Virus record (IMG/VR): IMGVR_UViG_3300028549_001428
DNA: 64,000 nucleotides
DNA from: a virus
Lineage: Duplodnaviria > Heunggongvirae > Uroviricota > Caudoviricetes
Direction: 5' to 3' (one strand)
Shown here: positions 36,473 to 46,665 of the stretch, in pieces
How the letters are laid out: each line of letters starts with the position of its first letter
Position numbering within the stretch: position 1 is the stretch's first letter
Notes under the pieces: model-generated
Seen by the model: the letters and a program-made list of their open reading frames with translations, nothing else
Told to the model about the DNA's origin: nothing
Databases searched by the model: none
Made by a program: the position numbers and the translations under genes

Positions 36473-36838
36473 TTAATGTATAATGTTACCTTGTGTATTT
36501 TCCAGCAATCTAGTCATTTTCTTTTTATGCAAATCCTCTAAATGCATTTCATTAAATATGTCACACAATTCAATTACTTTATCTTTGGTCATATCTTTAT
36601 ACTCAGAATAATCAAGAACTAGATTCCAACTATATTGATTTGGATAATAAAACTGATAATTCTTAACTACATGGTATGGCTTACCATCAATATCTATGCA
36701 GAATACTTTATATATTCTATTATCAGCAGGTTTAGCCGCTAATGCTTCTCTTTTCAATTTATTAGAATGTAGAATATCAACTGTGGCATATATGACCAAA
36801 ATACTTATTATTAAAATAACCGCTAAAGTTCCACTCAT
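36473..36838 (-). CDS. membrane-anchored protein
   Basis: N-terminal TM helix; TAATG-coupled to an upstream 21-aa micro-ORF. Confidence 0.45.
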   Translation of the reverse strand: MSGTLAVILIISILVIYATVDILHSNKLKREALAAKPADNRIYKVFCIDIDGKPYHVVKNYQFYYPNQYSWNLVLDYSEYKDMTKDKVIELCDIFNEMHLEDLHKKKMTRLLENTQGNIIH

Positions 36839-36929
36839 TATACTATATCCTTTACCAGCACCGAGCCAGCATAAAAATTAACACATGTAGTTTTCGTTTC
36901 CATATTACCAATCCTAAAGATTAACCTAA

Positions 36930-36939
36930 ATATAGCAAA
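36930..36939 (-). promoter_or_regulatory. extended -10 promoter TTTGCTATATT abutting the stop of the TnpB-like gene
   Basis: rc of atatagcaaa, 10 nt after the stop at 36948-36950. Confidence 0.5.
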
Positions 36940-36947
36940 TTATACAG

Positions 36948-38270
36948 TTACTGGATACAAGAAATAATATATCGTTTGGATAAATTATTCCGTGAGAAAA
37001 GATTAAAGAACTTTTCACCATTGGGTGAGAAGAGAAATCTATAACTGGATTTAGATTTCTTTGTCCATTCAAATAGAGATTTCCACGAATTAATATTGTT
37101 TGGAATATCAGATAACCTATCCTTCCATTGGAAGGAAATCTGATCAATATTAAATTCAGGGAACACTATAGGTTTGGATGCCATTGATGTATCAATGAAT
37201 ATTTTGTGGAACAGATACGCTCGTCGGCTGAGTTCAATCGAAGCAGCCACAGAATCATAATCATCTGGATTCATTATCTGCCCAATGAAGGAACTATATT
37301 GAGGTACGATTTCCTGAAAGGAAATCGCACTCAAATTACAACGTTTCTTTATGTTACTAACTAGGGCATTTCTAATCCAATAGTTATTAGTTAGCTTATT
37401 GAATTGTTTTCCTTTACGCTTATCAGCAGAAGGTATTGATAGCTTCTCAAATACAACAATCTGACATTGGTAGTGTTTAGCTAGATTAACTATATATTTA
37501 GATGCATTCAAGGTTTCATGCTTTCTTTTATTAGTCTGATATTTGGTATGAGATAGTGCATTGATATCCTTGAAAGAAATTATTTCTTTATGTATAACAG
37601 TTTTATCGCTTTCGGATTTCCAGTCTATGACCGATAATCCAATAAAATTTGGATTCATATCAAATGATAAAATCCTATCTCTAATAACTGTTGGTTGTGC
37701 TATGCACAATACATTTTCATCAAATATAATTGATATCGAATTTAAACTTACATCAAGTGAGAAACAAGCCTTCCCTTCTTCACATAATAGTTGTAATATA
37801 CTCAATTGTGTTTTATGTTTCTTCGATAATCTAGGAAGCTGAATATTAATATGAGTTTCTCTGCTTAACTTCAATATTATAGAATTTGACTCTATAATAT
37901 TTAAGTTAGCTTTCCTATTTCCGTTAGGATCAGATGAAGATCCACGCAGAAACAATGGAATATCCCTATTGGATTTCCACTCATCATGTGTTATCTTTCG
38001 TTTTATACGCTTGATGAAGTTAGCTTTACCTCCAAATATTACATTTGAGTCAACAATACCTTTAGCTTTGTTGACTCCCATATTCATCAAAGATGCATCC
38101 AATAAATCGATGCCTTGCATTCGACTCTTGACTATATGGTACACTTCGCTTAATGTCAAATTAGGATCATCTTGAAACCTGTTATAAGCAAACCTAACAA
38201 CACTGTTAAATTGACGAATATATCCGTCAATTCCAACAATTTTATCCAATCTATACTTATAACTTATCAT
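36948..38270 (-). CDS. TnpB-like RuvC nuclease lacking the CxxC zinc finger
   Basis: YKYRL N-terminus, RuvC-I SFDMNPNFIGLSV, RuvC-II VVFEKLSI, RuvC-III-like DDYDSVAASIE; there are no cysteine pairs between RuvC-II and RuvC-III. Length 440 aa. Confidence 0.65.
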   Translation of the reverse strand: MISYKYRLDKIVGIDGYIRQFNSVVRFAYNRFQDDPNLTLSEVYHIVKSRMQGIDLLDASLMNMGVNKAKGIVDSNVIFGGKANFIKRIKRKITHDEWKSNRDIPLFLRGSSSDPNGNRKANLNIIESNSIILKLSRETHINIQLPRLSKKHKTQLSILQLLCEEGKACFSLDVSLNSISIIFDENVLCIAQPTVIRDRILSFDMNPNFIGLSVIDWKSESDKTVIHKEIISFKDINALSHTKYQTNKRKHETLNASKYIVNLAKHYQCQIVVFEKLSIPSADKRKGKQFNKLTNNYWIRNALVSNIKKRCNLSAISFQEIVPQYSSFIGQIMNPDDYDSVAASIELSRRAYLFHKIFIDTSMASKPIVFPEFNIDQISFQWKDRLSDIPNNINSWKSLFEWTKKSKSSYRFLFSPNGEKFFNLFSRNNLSKRYIISCIQ

Positions 38271-38433
38271 ATTATTTATAAATATACATTATTACAACAT
38301 TTTTTAGTCATATTGCAAATATTTGTATCTAAATTTTTCTACATTTCCATTCTAAATATGGTTTGATAATAAATATTTATCTTCATTCCATGCAACCTTA
38401 TATAACCAGTTAAACAATATATAAACATATTAC

Positions 38434-38949
38434 ATGAGATTTAAAAAAGCAATCACAAAAAAGATATTAACCACTGCTGAAATGGAACTATGTTTAGTCA
38501 ATCCAAAGAAAGGTGTATTCCCATTTACCAGATATATGGTACTACCACGAGCAAGATGGGGAATGCCTAAGATTAATCACGAATGCGATATGCTTGCATT
38601 ATCCAAAAATAATGTTTTGTCAGAAGTGGAAATTAAAATATCCAAATCTGATTTAATAGCTGATAAAAGAAAACGACACACTCATAAGTCTGTCGTTATA
38701 TCTAGATTATTTTATGCGGTTCCTGAACACCTAGTAGAATTTGCACTGACATTCATACCAGAATATGCTGGATTGATTAAATGCCATAATGGATATTCTA
38801 CAATCATCAAACGGCCAACATATAAAAAATCAGACAAGCTATCAGAATCAGATATCAAACACATGTATGAATTATTACAAATGCGATATTGGTCAGAAAA
38901 AACTAGAGAACATAATAGAATTGAAAAGAAATCTAAAAAGTTAAAATGA
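38434..38949 (+). CDS. putative PD-(D/E)XK-family nuclease
   Basis: CDMLAL...EVEIKIS (D...E.K) core; divergent from the TnpB-like gene. Confidence 0.4.
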   Translation: MRFKKAITKKILTTAEMELCLVNPKKGVFPFTRYMVLPRARWGMPKINHECDMLALSKNNVLSEVEIKISKSDLIADKRKRHTHKSVVISRLFYAVPEHLVEFALTFIPEYAGLIKCHNGYSTIIKRPTYKKSDKLSESDIKHMYELLQMRYWSEKTREHNRIEKKSKKLK

Positions 38950-39207
38950 TCGCAAATGCTTTTTAAGCATATACGCATAGATCTTTTCTAGATTAAATAG
39001 CTGAATAAACATTGTACCATCTTCAGTATCAAGATTAATATCATTCATCTTCAATTGAATTTCTAGATCGTTTTCTTTTATTTGCCTTGGATTTTTTTTC
39101 TTTAAAAATTATGTAAAAATCACTAAATGATAAAAAAGGTTCTGGATAGGTATCACAGTCAATAGTAGGAATCCATGTTTGATAATCAGTAATATGAATT
39201 TGTGTGA

Positions 39208-39441
39208 TCACTTAGAAGTCCATTTAAGTATTGTAGTTGACCATAAACAAAGCCAATTGGTTAATATTAGTCGTCTAAACATAAATCCTGTTACTAACCA
39301 CATCAACAATCCTTGGATTAACCAAATAACAACACCCATAAATATAGCAGCCGTTATTGAATGTGATAACCCCAATAAAATTGAGAATATTAATAATCCA
39401 GCCATTAATGCTGTAAAAGGAATTCGCCATAAATCTTGCAT
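39208..39441 (-). CDS. small membrane protein
   Basis: Three TM helices. Confidence 0.4.
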   Translation of the reverse strand: MQDLWRIPFTALMAGLLIFSILLGLSHSITAAIFMGVVIWLIQGLLMWLVTGFMFRRLILTNWLCLWSTTILKWTSK

Positions 39442-39444
39442 AAT

Positions 39445-39717
39445 TTATCCTATATCTATAATTTTTACTTTTGGATTATCATACCATTTACCATCAACTA
39501 ATTCATATGATGTTCCACACTCACACTGTAATTCTTTTTCATCATACAAATCAGTATATTGATCGGTATCGGCATAGTGATCTTCACATAATGGACAGTT
39601 GATATGATTGTGAATTATGTCCCCACATTCATCACAACAGATTTCGCCATATACTTCTAAGTCGATTATATCACCAATTTGTAAGTTGTCTTTATTTATA
39701 ACTTTATTCGTTTTCAT
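39445..39717 (-). CDS. zinc-ribbon protein
   Basis: CCDECG...CPLCEDH...CECG; leaderless behind a TGCTATATT promoter. Confidence 0.45.
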   Translation of the reverse strand: MKTNKVINKDNLQIGDIIDLEVYGEICCDECGDIIHNHINCPLCEDHYADTDQYTDLYDEKELQCECGTSYELVDGKWYDNPKVKIIDIG

Positions 39718-39723
39718 GTTACC

Positions 39724-39733
39724 TAATATAGCA
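39724..39733 (-). promoter_or_regulatory. extended -10 promoter variant TGCTATATT
   Basis: 7 nt to the ATG at 39717. Confidence 0.45.
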
Positions 39734-39902
39734 TTTTTTGATTACTTGTTCGACTTCATTTTGTACTATTTTAACCAGGAAATCTACACGTGGTTTTTTT
39801 AATGTATCTAGTATTTTATCATATGAATCCATATCAATTTGGGTAGCTATGCTGTGTTGCATACTCATGTTATATGTATCAATTGTAATGTTAGTAATCA
39901 TA

Positions 39903-40415
39903 TCAATTAAACCGCACTAAATTACCTTCATCATCTATATCAAATAATGGAGCAATTTGTATTAATGATTTATCATGGTTGAAATACTCTGCCATCTCAT
40001 CTCTACCATCCAAAAAATCAGCTTTCAGAATAGAGTAAATAAAATTCACGCCATGCGGATCAATGTTTTTAACCCACTTTATAGATGAATCATTTGATAG
40101 ACTTTTTGCCCAATTTACATTTAATTTGACATCACGCCTTAATATAGGCAGTGAATATTGTAATACAACGTTAGCACGTCTTACCCATGATGGAATTTCA
40201 ATAGGATATAATTTATTCATTCTACGTTCAAAATCTGAACGCACTTCCTTTTGTTGTTCCAACATTAATCCAATGCTTATTTTAGCAATATCACTGGGTA
40301 TTGGTTTACCAATATCAGATTCCAATACAGGATTCCACTTTTTTGTGAAATCCTTTCCGTAAGGTTTTACCCATGATAGGAATTTATTTCCTGTTAATTG
40401 GTTAACTTCGATCAT
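39903..40415 (-). CDS. hypothetical protein
   Basis: ORF in a packed block. Confidence 0.5.
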   Translation of the reverse strand: MIEVNQLTGNKFLSWVKPYGKDFTKKWNPVLESDIGKPIPSDIAKISIGLMLEQQKEVRSDFERRMNKLYPIEIPSWVRRANVVLQYSLPILRRDVKLNVNWAKSLSNDSSIKWVKNIDPHGVNFIYSILKADFLDGRDEMAEYFNHDKSLIQIAPLFDIDDEGNLVRFN

Positions 40416-40810
40416 ATTGATTCTGATTTTTCCTTATAATGCTCATCGCATAAAGTACTATACCATCCTCTAATATTTCTAAGAGAGGCGTGTTTACCAC
40501 AGCGTTCGCATGATATACTTGACATTTCTTCAAATTCAGAAATCAAAGTTCTTGCTTCCATGAATTCAATTGAGTTGTCTAGAAAATCTACATATACACA
40601 GAGAATACCCCATTTTTTCTTTATCTGGGCATATTCAATACCATCACCATACTTATTGATAAGCGCATCACTTAACATATCAATAATCTGATACCATCCC
40701 TTACCACATTCTATTCCCCATGCCATACAGGATTCAGATGCAGGTAATCCTACCTGTCTAAATAATTTAGGGTATTTATTAATTAATTCGGTTTGATCTT
40801 CATTATTCAT
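40412..40810 (-). CDS. hypothetical protein with C-terminal CxxC...CxxH
   Basis: ORF in a packed block. Confidence 0.5.
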   Translation of the reverse strand: MNNEDQTELINKYPKLFRQVGLPASESCMAWGIECGKGWYQIIDMLSDALINKYGDGIEYAQIKKKWGILCVYVDFLDNSIEFMEARTLISEFEEMSSISCERCGKHASLRNIRGWYSTLCDEHYKEKSESI

Positions 40811-41054
40811 TGTATTATTCCTTATTTACTGAATCTGCACATATTGGATCATGTTCTAATACAAACATGTTACTTATCCTCATCAAGTGATTTGATTTCT
40901 TTTCGAATGATGTTTTTCTTTTCCATCCGTTCCTTTTCATGGGTAAATCGCTTTAGTATTTTACCCCATCCAGAAGCAAATCTCAAACGAGGGGACCAGT
41001 ATTCCCGTCCCCAATGTTTATTTGCGTTTTCACCATGTGCCATATTAATCCTTT

Positions 41055-41849
41055 TTACAAAAATACTACATTGCCTTCTTTATGCACTACCAACCCATCA
41101 GAAAGCATTTCAATCCATGCTTCTTTAGTTGTTTTGAAATCAGCAAATGTTGTTGCATTATCTGCACACCATTCACACAATGCATCTAATGTTTCGAATA
41201 CAGGAGATCTTGGAGATCCTTCGCTAGTGGTTTCCCATAGTTGATAGCCTTCTCCTGTAGGTGGTTCTATCTGTACCCAATTATCATGTAGATATTGATA
41301 TCCAGTACTCTCCCATACCTTACCGTCACCTTTACAATGCTCACACATACCAAACACACCTAAATGTTCAGCACGAGCCTTTACACAAATCCATCGGTTA
41401 CATGAATCATGTCCCATTCCTGTGCGGTTCCAGTTGTTTACTTCTTCTGGTGTAGGAATATAACCATTATCAAATGGAAGCCAACTATTTTCACCACTGG
41501 CAACCTTGTCAGCAACAATCTGTCTTTGTTCATCGTTGATAGGTACTCTGGTGAAATCCATCAATCTACCAGCTTCTAGTAGTGCTTTGATTTCAACTTC
41601 TGTTATGTGATTACTCCATGCGTTATTGTTATAACGACGATTCATCTTGTCATCTATATATACATAATCAGAAGGTAGATTGTAACCATACCAAGCATCA
41701 TCAATTTCTTTTGTTTTTTCATTTAGACCACTGCCATCACAATGCTCACATTCGATGTTATGCTTGTAGTAAGGATTACGATAACCTTCCCAAACCTTTT
41801 TTTCATTCCATGTAAAATCCAAGGGAACTCGCATCAATTTTCTACCCAT
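41055..41849 (-). CDS. hypothetical protein with two CxxCxGxG fingers
   Basis: CEHCDGSG and CEHCKGDG. Confidence 0.5.
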   Translation of the reverse strand: MGRKLMRVPLDFTWNEKKVWEGYRNPYYKHNIECEHCDGSGLNEKTKEIDDAWYGYNLPSDYVYIDDKMNRRYNNNAWSNHITEVEIKALLEAGRLMDFTRVPINDEQRQIVADKVASGENSWLPFDNGYIPTPEEVNNWNRTGMGHDSCNRWICVKARAEHLGVFGMCEHCKGDGKVWESTGYQYLHDNWVQIEPPTGEGYQLWETTSEGSPRSPVFETLDALCEWCADNATTFADFKTTKEAWIEMLSDGLVVHKEGNVVFL

Positions 41850-41863
41850 AATATCTCCGTGTA

Positions 41864-42280
41864 TTACTTAACTTGTGGAACGTACTTATCAGCAATTTTA
41901 AAGAACCTATGCTTTTTAATTGCATCAAAATGAACGGTATCACCAACTCTGTGATTGTATATCCATTGATCATTTAACAAAATATCATCACCACTATAAT
42001 TATTACATGTGGTATGTGATACATATAGCGGTTCATCAATCTTTTTGAATAGAACCTTGTTGCACAGCATAGGAGTATGGAATTTGTCTTGTGAAAACCC
42101 TTCGGTGTTGGCATTGATCGAAACAATGATAGCATCAATGTTTTCGTAAATTGATAGCCTGTTTTCTTCACGATGTTCATGAACCAGGTAGAAAAACCCT
42201 ACAACTGACATAATAGGAACCAAAATTCTGATACCTAGCCAAATAGCCTTCAATGGATTTACATGAGATTCAGCGTACAT
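41864..42280 (-). CDS. membrane protein (C-terminal GDTVHF module paralog of 4160..4546)
   Basis: Start trimmed to MYAES, after SD cggag downstream of a canonical promoter; TM helix. Confidence 0.5.
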   Translation of the reverse strand: MYAESHVNPLKAIWLGIRILVPIMSVVGFFYLVHEHREENRLSIYENIDAIIVSINANTEGFSQDKFHTPMLCNKVLFKKIDEPLYVSHTTCNNYSGDDILLNDQWIYNHRVGDTVHFDAIKKHRFFKIADKYVPQVK

Positions 42281-42307
42281 TGGTAACTCCGTGTGTGAAT
42301 TTTCTAT

Positions 42308-42336
42308 AATATAGATATCCAACCAGAGTTTGTCAA
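42308..42336 (-). promoter_or_regulatory. sigma70-type promoter TTGACA-N17-TATATT
   Basis: rc of aatata-N17-tgtcaa. Confidence 0.6.
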
Positions 42337-42402
42337 TTAATTTCTAGCCAATACTATCGTTTTTCATAACATCTACAAGAATAAGGTGAAAACAGCATAG
42401 CT

Positions 42403-42687
42403 TCATGTTTTACTGCACAATATTGTACAGTAGTTATTAATACCACGCTTATAATCTACTGGTGTAGGATTGTATGTAGCAAATACTGACATTACAATAC
42501 AACCATCTTTGTATGTTATCTTATGTGGCATCAATTCCATTTTTACTAAATACTTCAATAAATCTAACCCAACAGTTCCTTGTATTGGGTCCGCCCCGTT
42601 GTCGTTGTATATATCAATAAAAGACTGTAAATAAGCCTTATATGAATCACATAACCAGGTCTTTATTGATCCTTTTGGACTCCACAT
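42403..42687 (-). CDS. hypothetical protein
   Basis: ORF in a packed block. Confidence 0.4.
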   Translation of the reverse strand: MWSPKGSIKTWLCDSYKAYLQSFIDIYNDNGADPIQGTVGLDLLKYLVKMELMPHKITYKDGCIVMSVFATYNPTPVDYKRGINNYCTILCSKT

Positions 42688-43003
42688 AATACAGCTCCTT
42701 TAATTTGTTTTCAATTGCTCCAATAACACTATTCAATATAAAAATTGATATATCTCTTCTCATTGCATTGGGTGCATTTCTACCATGCGCATCATCTTCA
42801 TATAAATATCTCAATGCGAATTGAATACCACGAGGTCTGCTAATTCTAAATGATCCATGCACAGGTACAAATAATTTCCTAAATCTTATATCAATATACA
42901 CAACAGCTACATCTTCATGCAATACAGGTTTTATACAACCTGTGTAGAACCCAGATTCCTGTAAATTTATCATGTCTTTTGTAAGATGTATTTGCGTTAT
43001 CAT
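42647..43003 (-). CDS. hypothetical protein
   Basis: ORF in a packed block. Confidence 0.45.
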   Translation of the reverse strand: MITQIHLTKDMINLQESGFYTGCIKPVLHEDVAVVYIDIRFRKLFVPVHGSFRISRPRGIQFALRYLYEDDAHGRNAPNAMRRDISIFILNSVIGAIENKLKELYYVESKRINKDLVM

Positions 43004-43004
43004 A

Positions 43005-43244
43005 TTATTCTTTAGGAATCTTTTTTACTCTATCATCCAAGTGAATAACAATTACATCAAATGGTGGTTCACTCATTACTAATGGATCTGCATCAATATC
43101 TTGCTGACATAACACGGTGCCAATGCTTGTAGGTTCAACCCAATGACATATGTATTCCATCGATTCGGTATCAACCACTACTCTACGATCACCATACTTT
43201 TCAAGTAATTCATTTGATTTTTTAGCTAATTCAGATAACATCAT
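43005..43244 (-). CDS. hypothetical protein
   Basis: ORF in a packed block. Confidence 0.4.
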   Translation of the reverse strand: MMLSELAKKSNELLEKYGDRRVVVDTESMEYICHWVEPTSIGTVLCQQDIDADPLVMSEPPFDVIVIHLDDRVKKIPKE

Positions 43245-43260
43245 AATTCAAACCCTTTTA

Positions 43261-43596
43261 TTAACACTTATCTTCTAATTCAATTTTTAACGCTGATGTA
43301 CTCAATGATATGTCAAACAATGCATTAACTAGTGATATGAATATCATAACTAACGATACAGCCATTGTATAATATGCTACACCGTTCAATGTAAGCATTA
43401 CTGAAAACATACTGATTACAGACAAAGCAAGTCCACAAACACCAAAGAATAACATTTTTTGCACATATCCAATTCTATCATAAAAAATTTGGATTTGATT
43501 ATTAACCTGACCGTCTTTTCTAACGAATTCTCTAATTCTATTAGATAGTGTAGTGAATCGGTTACTATATGTCAATGAAAACTTAAAAACAATCAT
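43261..43596 (-). CDS. membrane protein
   Basis: Two TM helices. Confidence 0.45.
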   Translation of the reverse strand: MIVFKFSLTYSNRFTTLSNRIREFVRKDGQVNNQIQIFYDRIGYVQKMLFFGVCGLALSVISMFSVMLTLNGVAYYTMAVSLVMIFISLVNALFDISLSTSALKIELEDKC

Positions 43597-43892
43597 ACAT
43601 TAGATTGTTTAGCTGTGTTAAGAAGGTCATTCATTACAGTTTTCACTGTTTCGGCATCTATTGGCAATCTAATTTGCTCAAAGTACACAGATTCCAATTT
43701 ACATACGTTATCACCGAACAAAAATCGAGCAATCGCACTTTTAATTGGTTTGTATTGAAGTATATGAATGTTATGATAATCACCAATACAATAATTATTA
43801 ATGATTACTTTGTAATTATATACTTGTAATTCAGATATCAATCGCTCGATATCTCGTGTAGCTTTTTCCATTTGTTTTATTTCTTCATTCAT
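43593..43892 (-). CDS. hypothetical protein
   Basis: Start trimmed to MNEEIKQ to remove the overlap with the upstream gene. Confidence 0.4.
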   Translation of the reverse strand: MNEEIKQMEKATRDIERLISELQVYNYKVIINNYCIGDYHNIHILQYKPIKSAIARFLFGDNVCKLESVYFEQIRLPIDAETVKTVMNDLLNTAKQSNV

Positions 43893-44307
43893 CGTTAGAT
43901 TCCTTTGATCCAAATGCATATAAAAATATAAATATAACAAACCCAATACATAATAGTATGTTAAACATACCTGCAACTAATGATAAAAATGTTATATATC
44001 CCGATGGACTCCATGAATATGCAGTACCACAAACACCAGTAAATGGAGTCCATGATAAAGAACCTACAAATCTATCACCAACTGAATAGCAATGATGTCC
44101 TGTGTTCACATGATCTCTATCGCCATTATCAAATGCAACAGTAGCAAAACAAGTGCTACTATTCTTACCACTACTCTCGTATGTATCAATCACAGTACCT
44201 GCTTGTGGTGCCGTATATTCTGATTTCTTCCAGAAAATAAAATATTCACCATATGCAATTGTACCAACTAAAATTGATATTAGTATAATCTGAACCACTA
44301 ATCGCAT
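43885..44307 (-). CDS. membrane protein
   Basis: N- and C-terminal TM helices. Confidence 0.45.
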   Translation of the reverse strand: MRLVVQIILISILVGTIAYGEYFIFWKKSEYTAPQAGTVIDTYESSGKNSSTCFATVAFDNGDRDHVNTGHHCYSVGDRFVGSLSWTPFTGVCGTAYSWSPSGYITFLSLVAGMFNILLCIGFVIFIFLYAFGSKESNDE

Positions 44308-44654
44308 TGTTTATTTTCCTTTTCTACATCTTCGATTATTGATTTAACTCTAACATAAGAAATAAGTTCTGCTAGTAATAATAATGTTCCTGTGACTACA
44401 AATGTATTCAATATCAAGGTAATACTTAATATACATGTAATTATAAGAGATTCTTTGATACCTCGATAGTAACCATTAGCATATGATAACTTTACTGCGT
44501 TTTCTCCATGATCAGACATAAACATAGCAGCACATAACATATAGAACACAGTAAACAATCTAATACATGTTATTGCCATGCCATTAGATTCGATTATAGA
44601 TAAATATACTAAAACCGAAAATAATACATAAAATATACACGCACTTATTTTCAT
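44298..44654 (-). CDS. membrane protein
   Basis: Three or four TM helices. Confidence 0.45.
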   Translation of the reverse strand: MKISACIFYVLFSVLVYLSIIESNGMAITCIRLFTVFYMLCAAMFMSDHGENAVKLSYANGYYRGIKESLIITCILSITLILNTFVVTGTLLLLAELISYVRVKSIIEDVEKENKQCD

Positions 44655-44663
44655 AAATACCCT

Positions 44664-44989
44664 TTAAGAAATCGAGCCAGTTTTAGCAAATCGTTTAAGG
44701 ATAGGTAGTAATTCCTTTACCTGACTCTGTGTAAGGTGCATACGATTATTGGCGACATAATGTTCTTCAATTGTATTCACCAATTCAACATCCTTCCAGC
44801 CTTCATATGCTTTGAAATGTTGTAACCCAATGTTCTTAGCACCTAACCAAATTAAACCTTCATCACGACAGGCAGAAGATTCCTGAACTGTACATTCAAC
44901 GCCATTGGCATCTTTGAATGTAATTATACCAAAGCCACGATCAGTTACTGACTGTTTCATAATTCCCCAAGAATTTAAACGTTGATTCA
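44664..44989 (-). CDS. hypothetical protein
   Basis: Start trimmed to MNQRLNS, leaderless behind TTTACTATATT. The longer ORF overlaps the tnpB start. Confidence 0.45.
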
Positions 44990-45026
44990 TATTGACAAAT
45001 ATAGTAAAATAAAGTATATTTGTCAA
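44982..45026. promoter_or_regulatory. palindromic divergent promoter region ttgacaaatata-N11-tatatttgtcaa
   Basis: Perfect 12-nt inverted repeat. Each arm supplies a TATATT -10 about 7 nt from a start codon on either strand. Confidence 0.45.
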
Positions 45027-45027
45027 T

Positions 45028-46149
45028 ATGATAATGATGAAGACATATAAATACAAGTTGTACAATCGAGATGCTTTGAAGCATCTTGATCGTATAGTTG
45101 ATTTGTCTTCATGGATATATAATCACTGTATAGCTTTACATCGTAGATATTATAGATTGTTCAAGAAACATTTAAATAAGTATCAGTTGCAGAAGCACCT
45201 GACGAAGCTGAAGCGAACTGAAAGGTTCGTTTCATGGAAGGAAGTACCCAGCCAAGCAATACAGGATATAACAGATAGAATAGATCGTTCCTATTTGATG
45301 TTCTATAAGAACATCAAATTGAAGAAGAAAAGCTCACCGCCTCACTTCCAGAAGAAAGTGAATTATCTGAGTTTCACTACGAAACAGGCAGGATTCAAGT
45401 TATTGGAAGGAGACAAGATCCGCATAGCGGATCATGTCTTCCCATACTGGAACTCACGTCCTGTCAATGGAACTATAAAGACTCTAACCGTTAAAAGAAC
45501 TACTCGTGGATATTATATTTATCTAGTGGTAGAGGAAGAAGCAAACATATCGAAGCCAGTTACATCAGGTAAAAGCGTGGGCTTTGATTTTGGTATGAAG
45601 AAATTCCTTGTTGCCTCAGATGGAAATGATGTCACTATGCCATTGTTCCTCAAGAAGTCACTGAAAAAGTTGCGCCTTTTGACGCAAAAGTTTAGTAAAT
45701 CTAGAGGAAAGTTTGGCTCACGTAAGTCACTGTCCAAACTACATGAAAAGGTTTCAAATCAACGAAATGATATGCATTGGAAGTTAGCCCATAGGCTGAC
45801 TTCCACCTATGATTTTATTATATTTGAAACTCTTGATCTTCTTGGTATGTATAAAGCTTGTCAGAAGAAAATCATGGACTTCGGATTCGCCTCATTCTTA
45901 TCCATTCTCGAATATGTTGCGAAACAAAAAGGAAAAATAGTCCACTACGTGGATAAATATTTCCCTTCTTCACAACTATGTTTCGATTGTGGATACCAAA
46001 ATGCAGAAATTAAAGATACTAAAATTCGTGAATGGATATGTCCTCAATGTGGTTCTGTTCATGATAGAGATCAGAACGCTGCTAATAACATTGAAAGAGA
46101 AGGGACTTCTTCTCTAAATACTTGCGCCACTGGCGTAATATGTATTTGA
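45028..46149 (+). CDS. tnpB: TnpB RNA-guided nuclease, family C
   Basis: YKYKLYN N-terminus, RuvC-I VGFDFGMKKF, RuvC-II IIFETLDL, zinc finger CFDCG...CPQCG, RuvC-III HDRDQNAANNI. Length 373 aa. Confidence 0.85.
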   Translation: MIMMKTYKYKLYNRDALKHLDRIVDLSSWIYNHCIALHRRYYRLFKKHLNKYQLQKHLTKLKRTERFVSWKEVPSQAIQDITDRIDRSYLMFYKNIKLKKKSSPPHFQKKVNYLSFTTKQAGFKLLEGDKIRIADHVFPYWNSRPVNGTIKTLTVKRTTRGYYIYLVVEEEANISKPVTSGKSVGFDFGMKKFLVASDGNDVTMPLFLKKSLKKLRLLTQKFSKSRGKFGSRKSLSKLHEKVSNQRNDMHWKLAHRLTSTYDFIIFETLDLLGMYKACQKKIMDFGFASFLSILEYVAKQKGKIVHYVDKYFPSSQLCFDCGYQNAEIKDTKIREWICPQCGSVHDRDQNAANNIEREGTSSLNTCATGVICI

Positions 46150-46177
46150 ATTTCACGAGTTTAACCGTGGGAGTAAG

Positions 46178-46606
46178 TCACCTCACCTCTGATTCAAAAT
46201 CTTTAACTGTTATACCAACACGATCCATATTGGATTTAATTTTATCTACAGATTCTGTAGATCGTTTCATATCTGATTCATAACGCTTGATAACGTCGGC
46301 TTCACAGATTGCCTTTAATTGCCTATATACAAAATCACGATCAATATCCTTCAACACATAATGTTCCTGAACAGTAACCATATCAAATGTAGCAATTCCC
46401 TTTAAGGTAACGGTTGCTCCGTCACGGGTTTTTACATTGATTGGATTGTATTTACCGAAGTTTGATGTAAAGTCAATAGTATTTTCCGATAGCGAGTCTT
46501 GCGTATTGCTAACATATAGACGATACAAAGTAATCGAGGAAATAAAGATAGCTAAAATACTGACGAAAATAGCCAATTTGGTTGCAAATCCAGTCTTTTC
46601 AGGCAT
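46178..46606 (-). CDS. membrane-anchored protein
   Basis: N-terminal TM helix. Confidence 0.5.
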   Translation of the reverse strand: MPEKTGFATKLAIFVSILAIFISSITLYRLYVSNTQDSLSENTIDFTSNFGKYNPINVKTRDGATVTLKGIATFDMVTVQEHYVLKDIDRDFVYRQLKAICEADVIKRYESDMKRSTESVDKIKSNMDRVGITVKDFESEVR

Positions 46607-46665
46607 TTAACATCCTTGTGTAATGGTTAAAGGTGTACTTTGCAGTAATATAGAAAAAACATTGA

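Noticed and set aside
36901-36903. 21-aa micro-ORF (about 36838..36903, minus) TAATG-coupled to gene 36473..36838
   Set aside because: It is plausible as a leader peptide but too short to support as a gene from sequence alone, so it is mentioned only in the evidence for the neighbouring gene.
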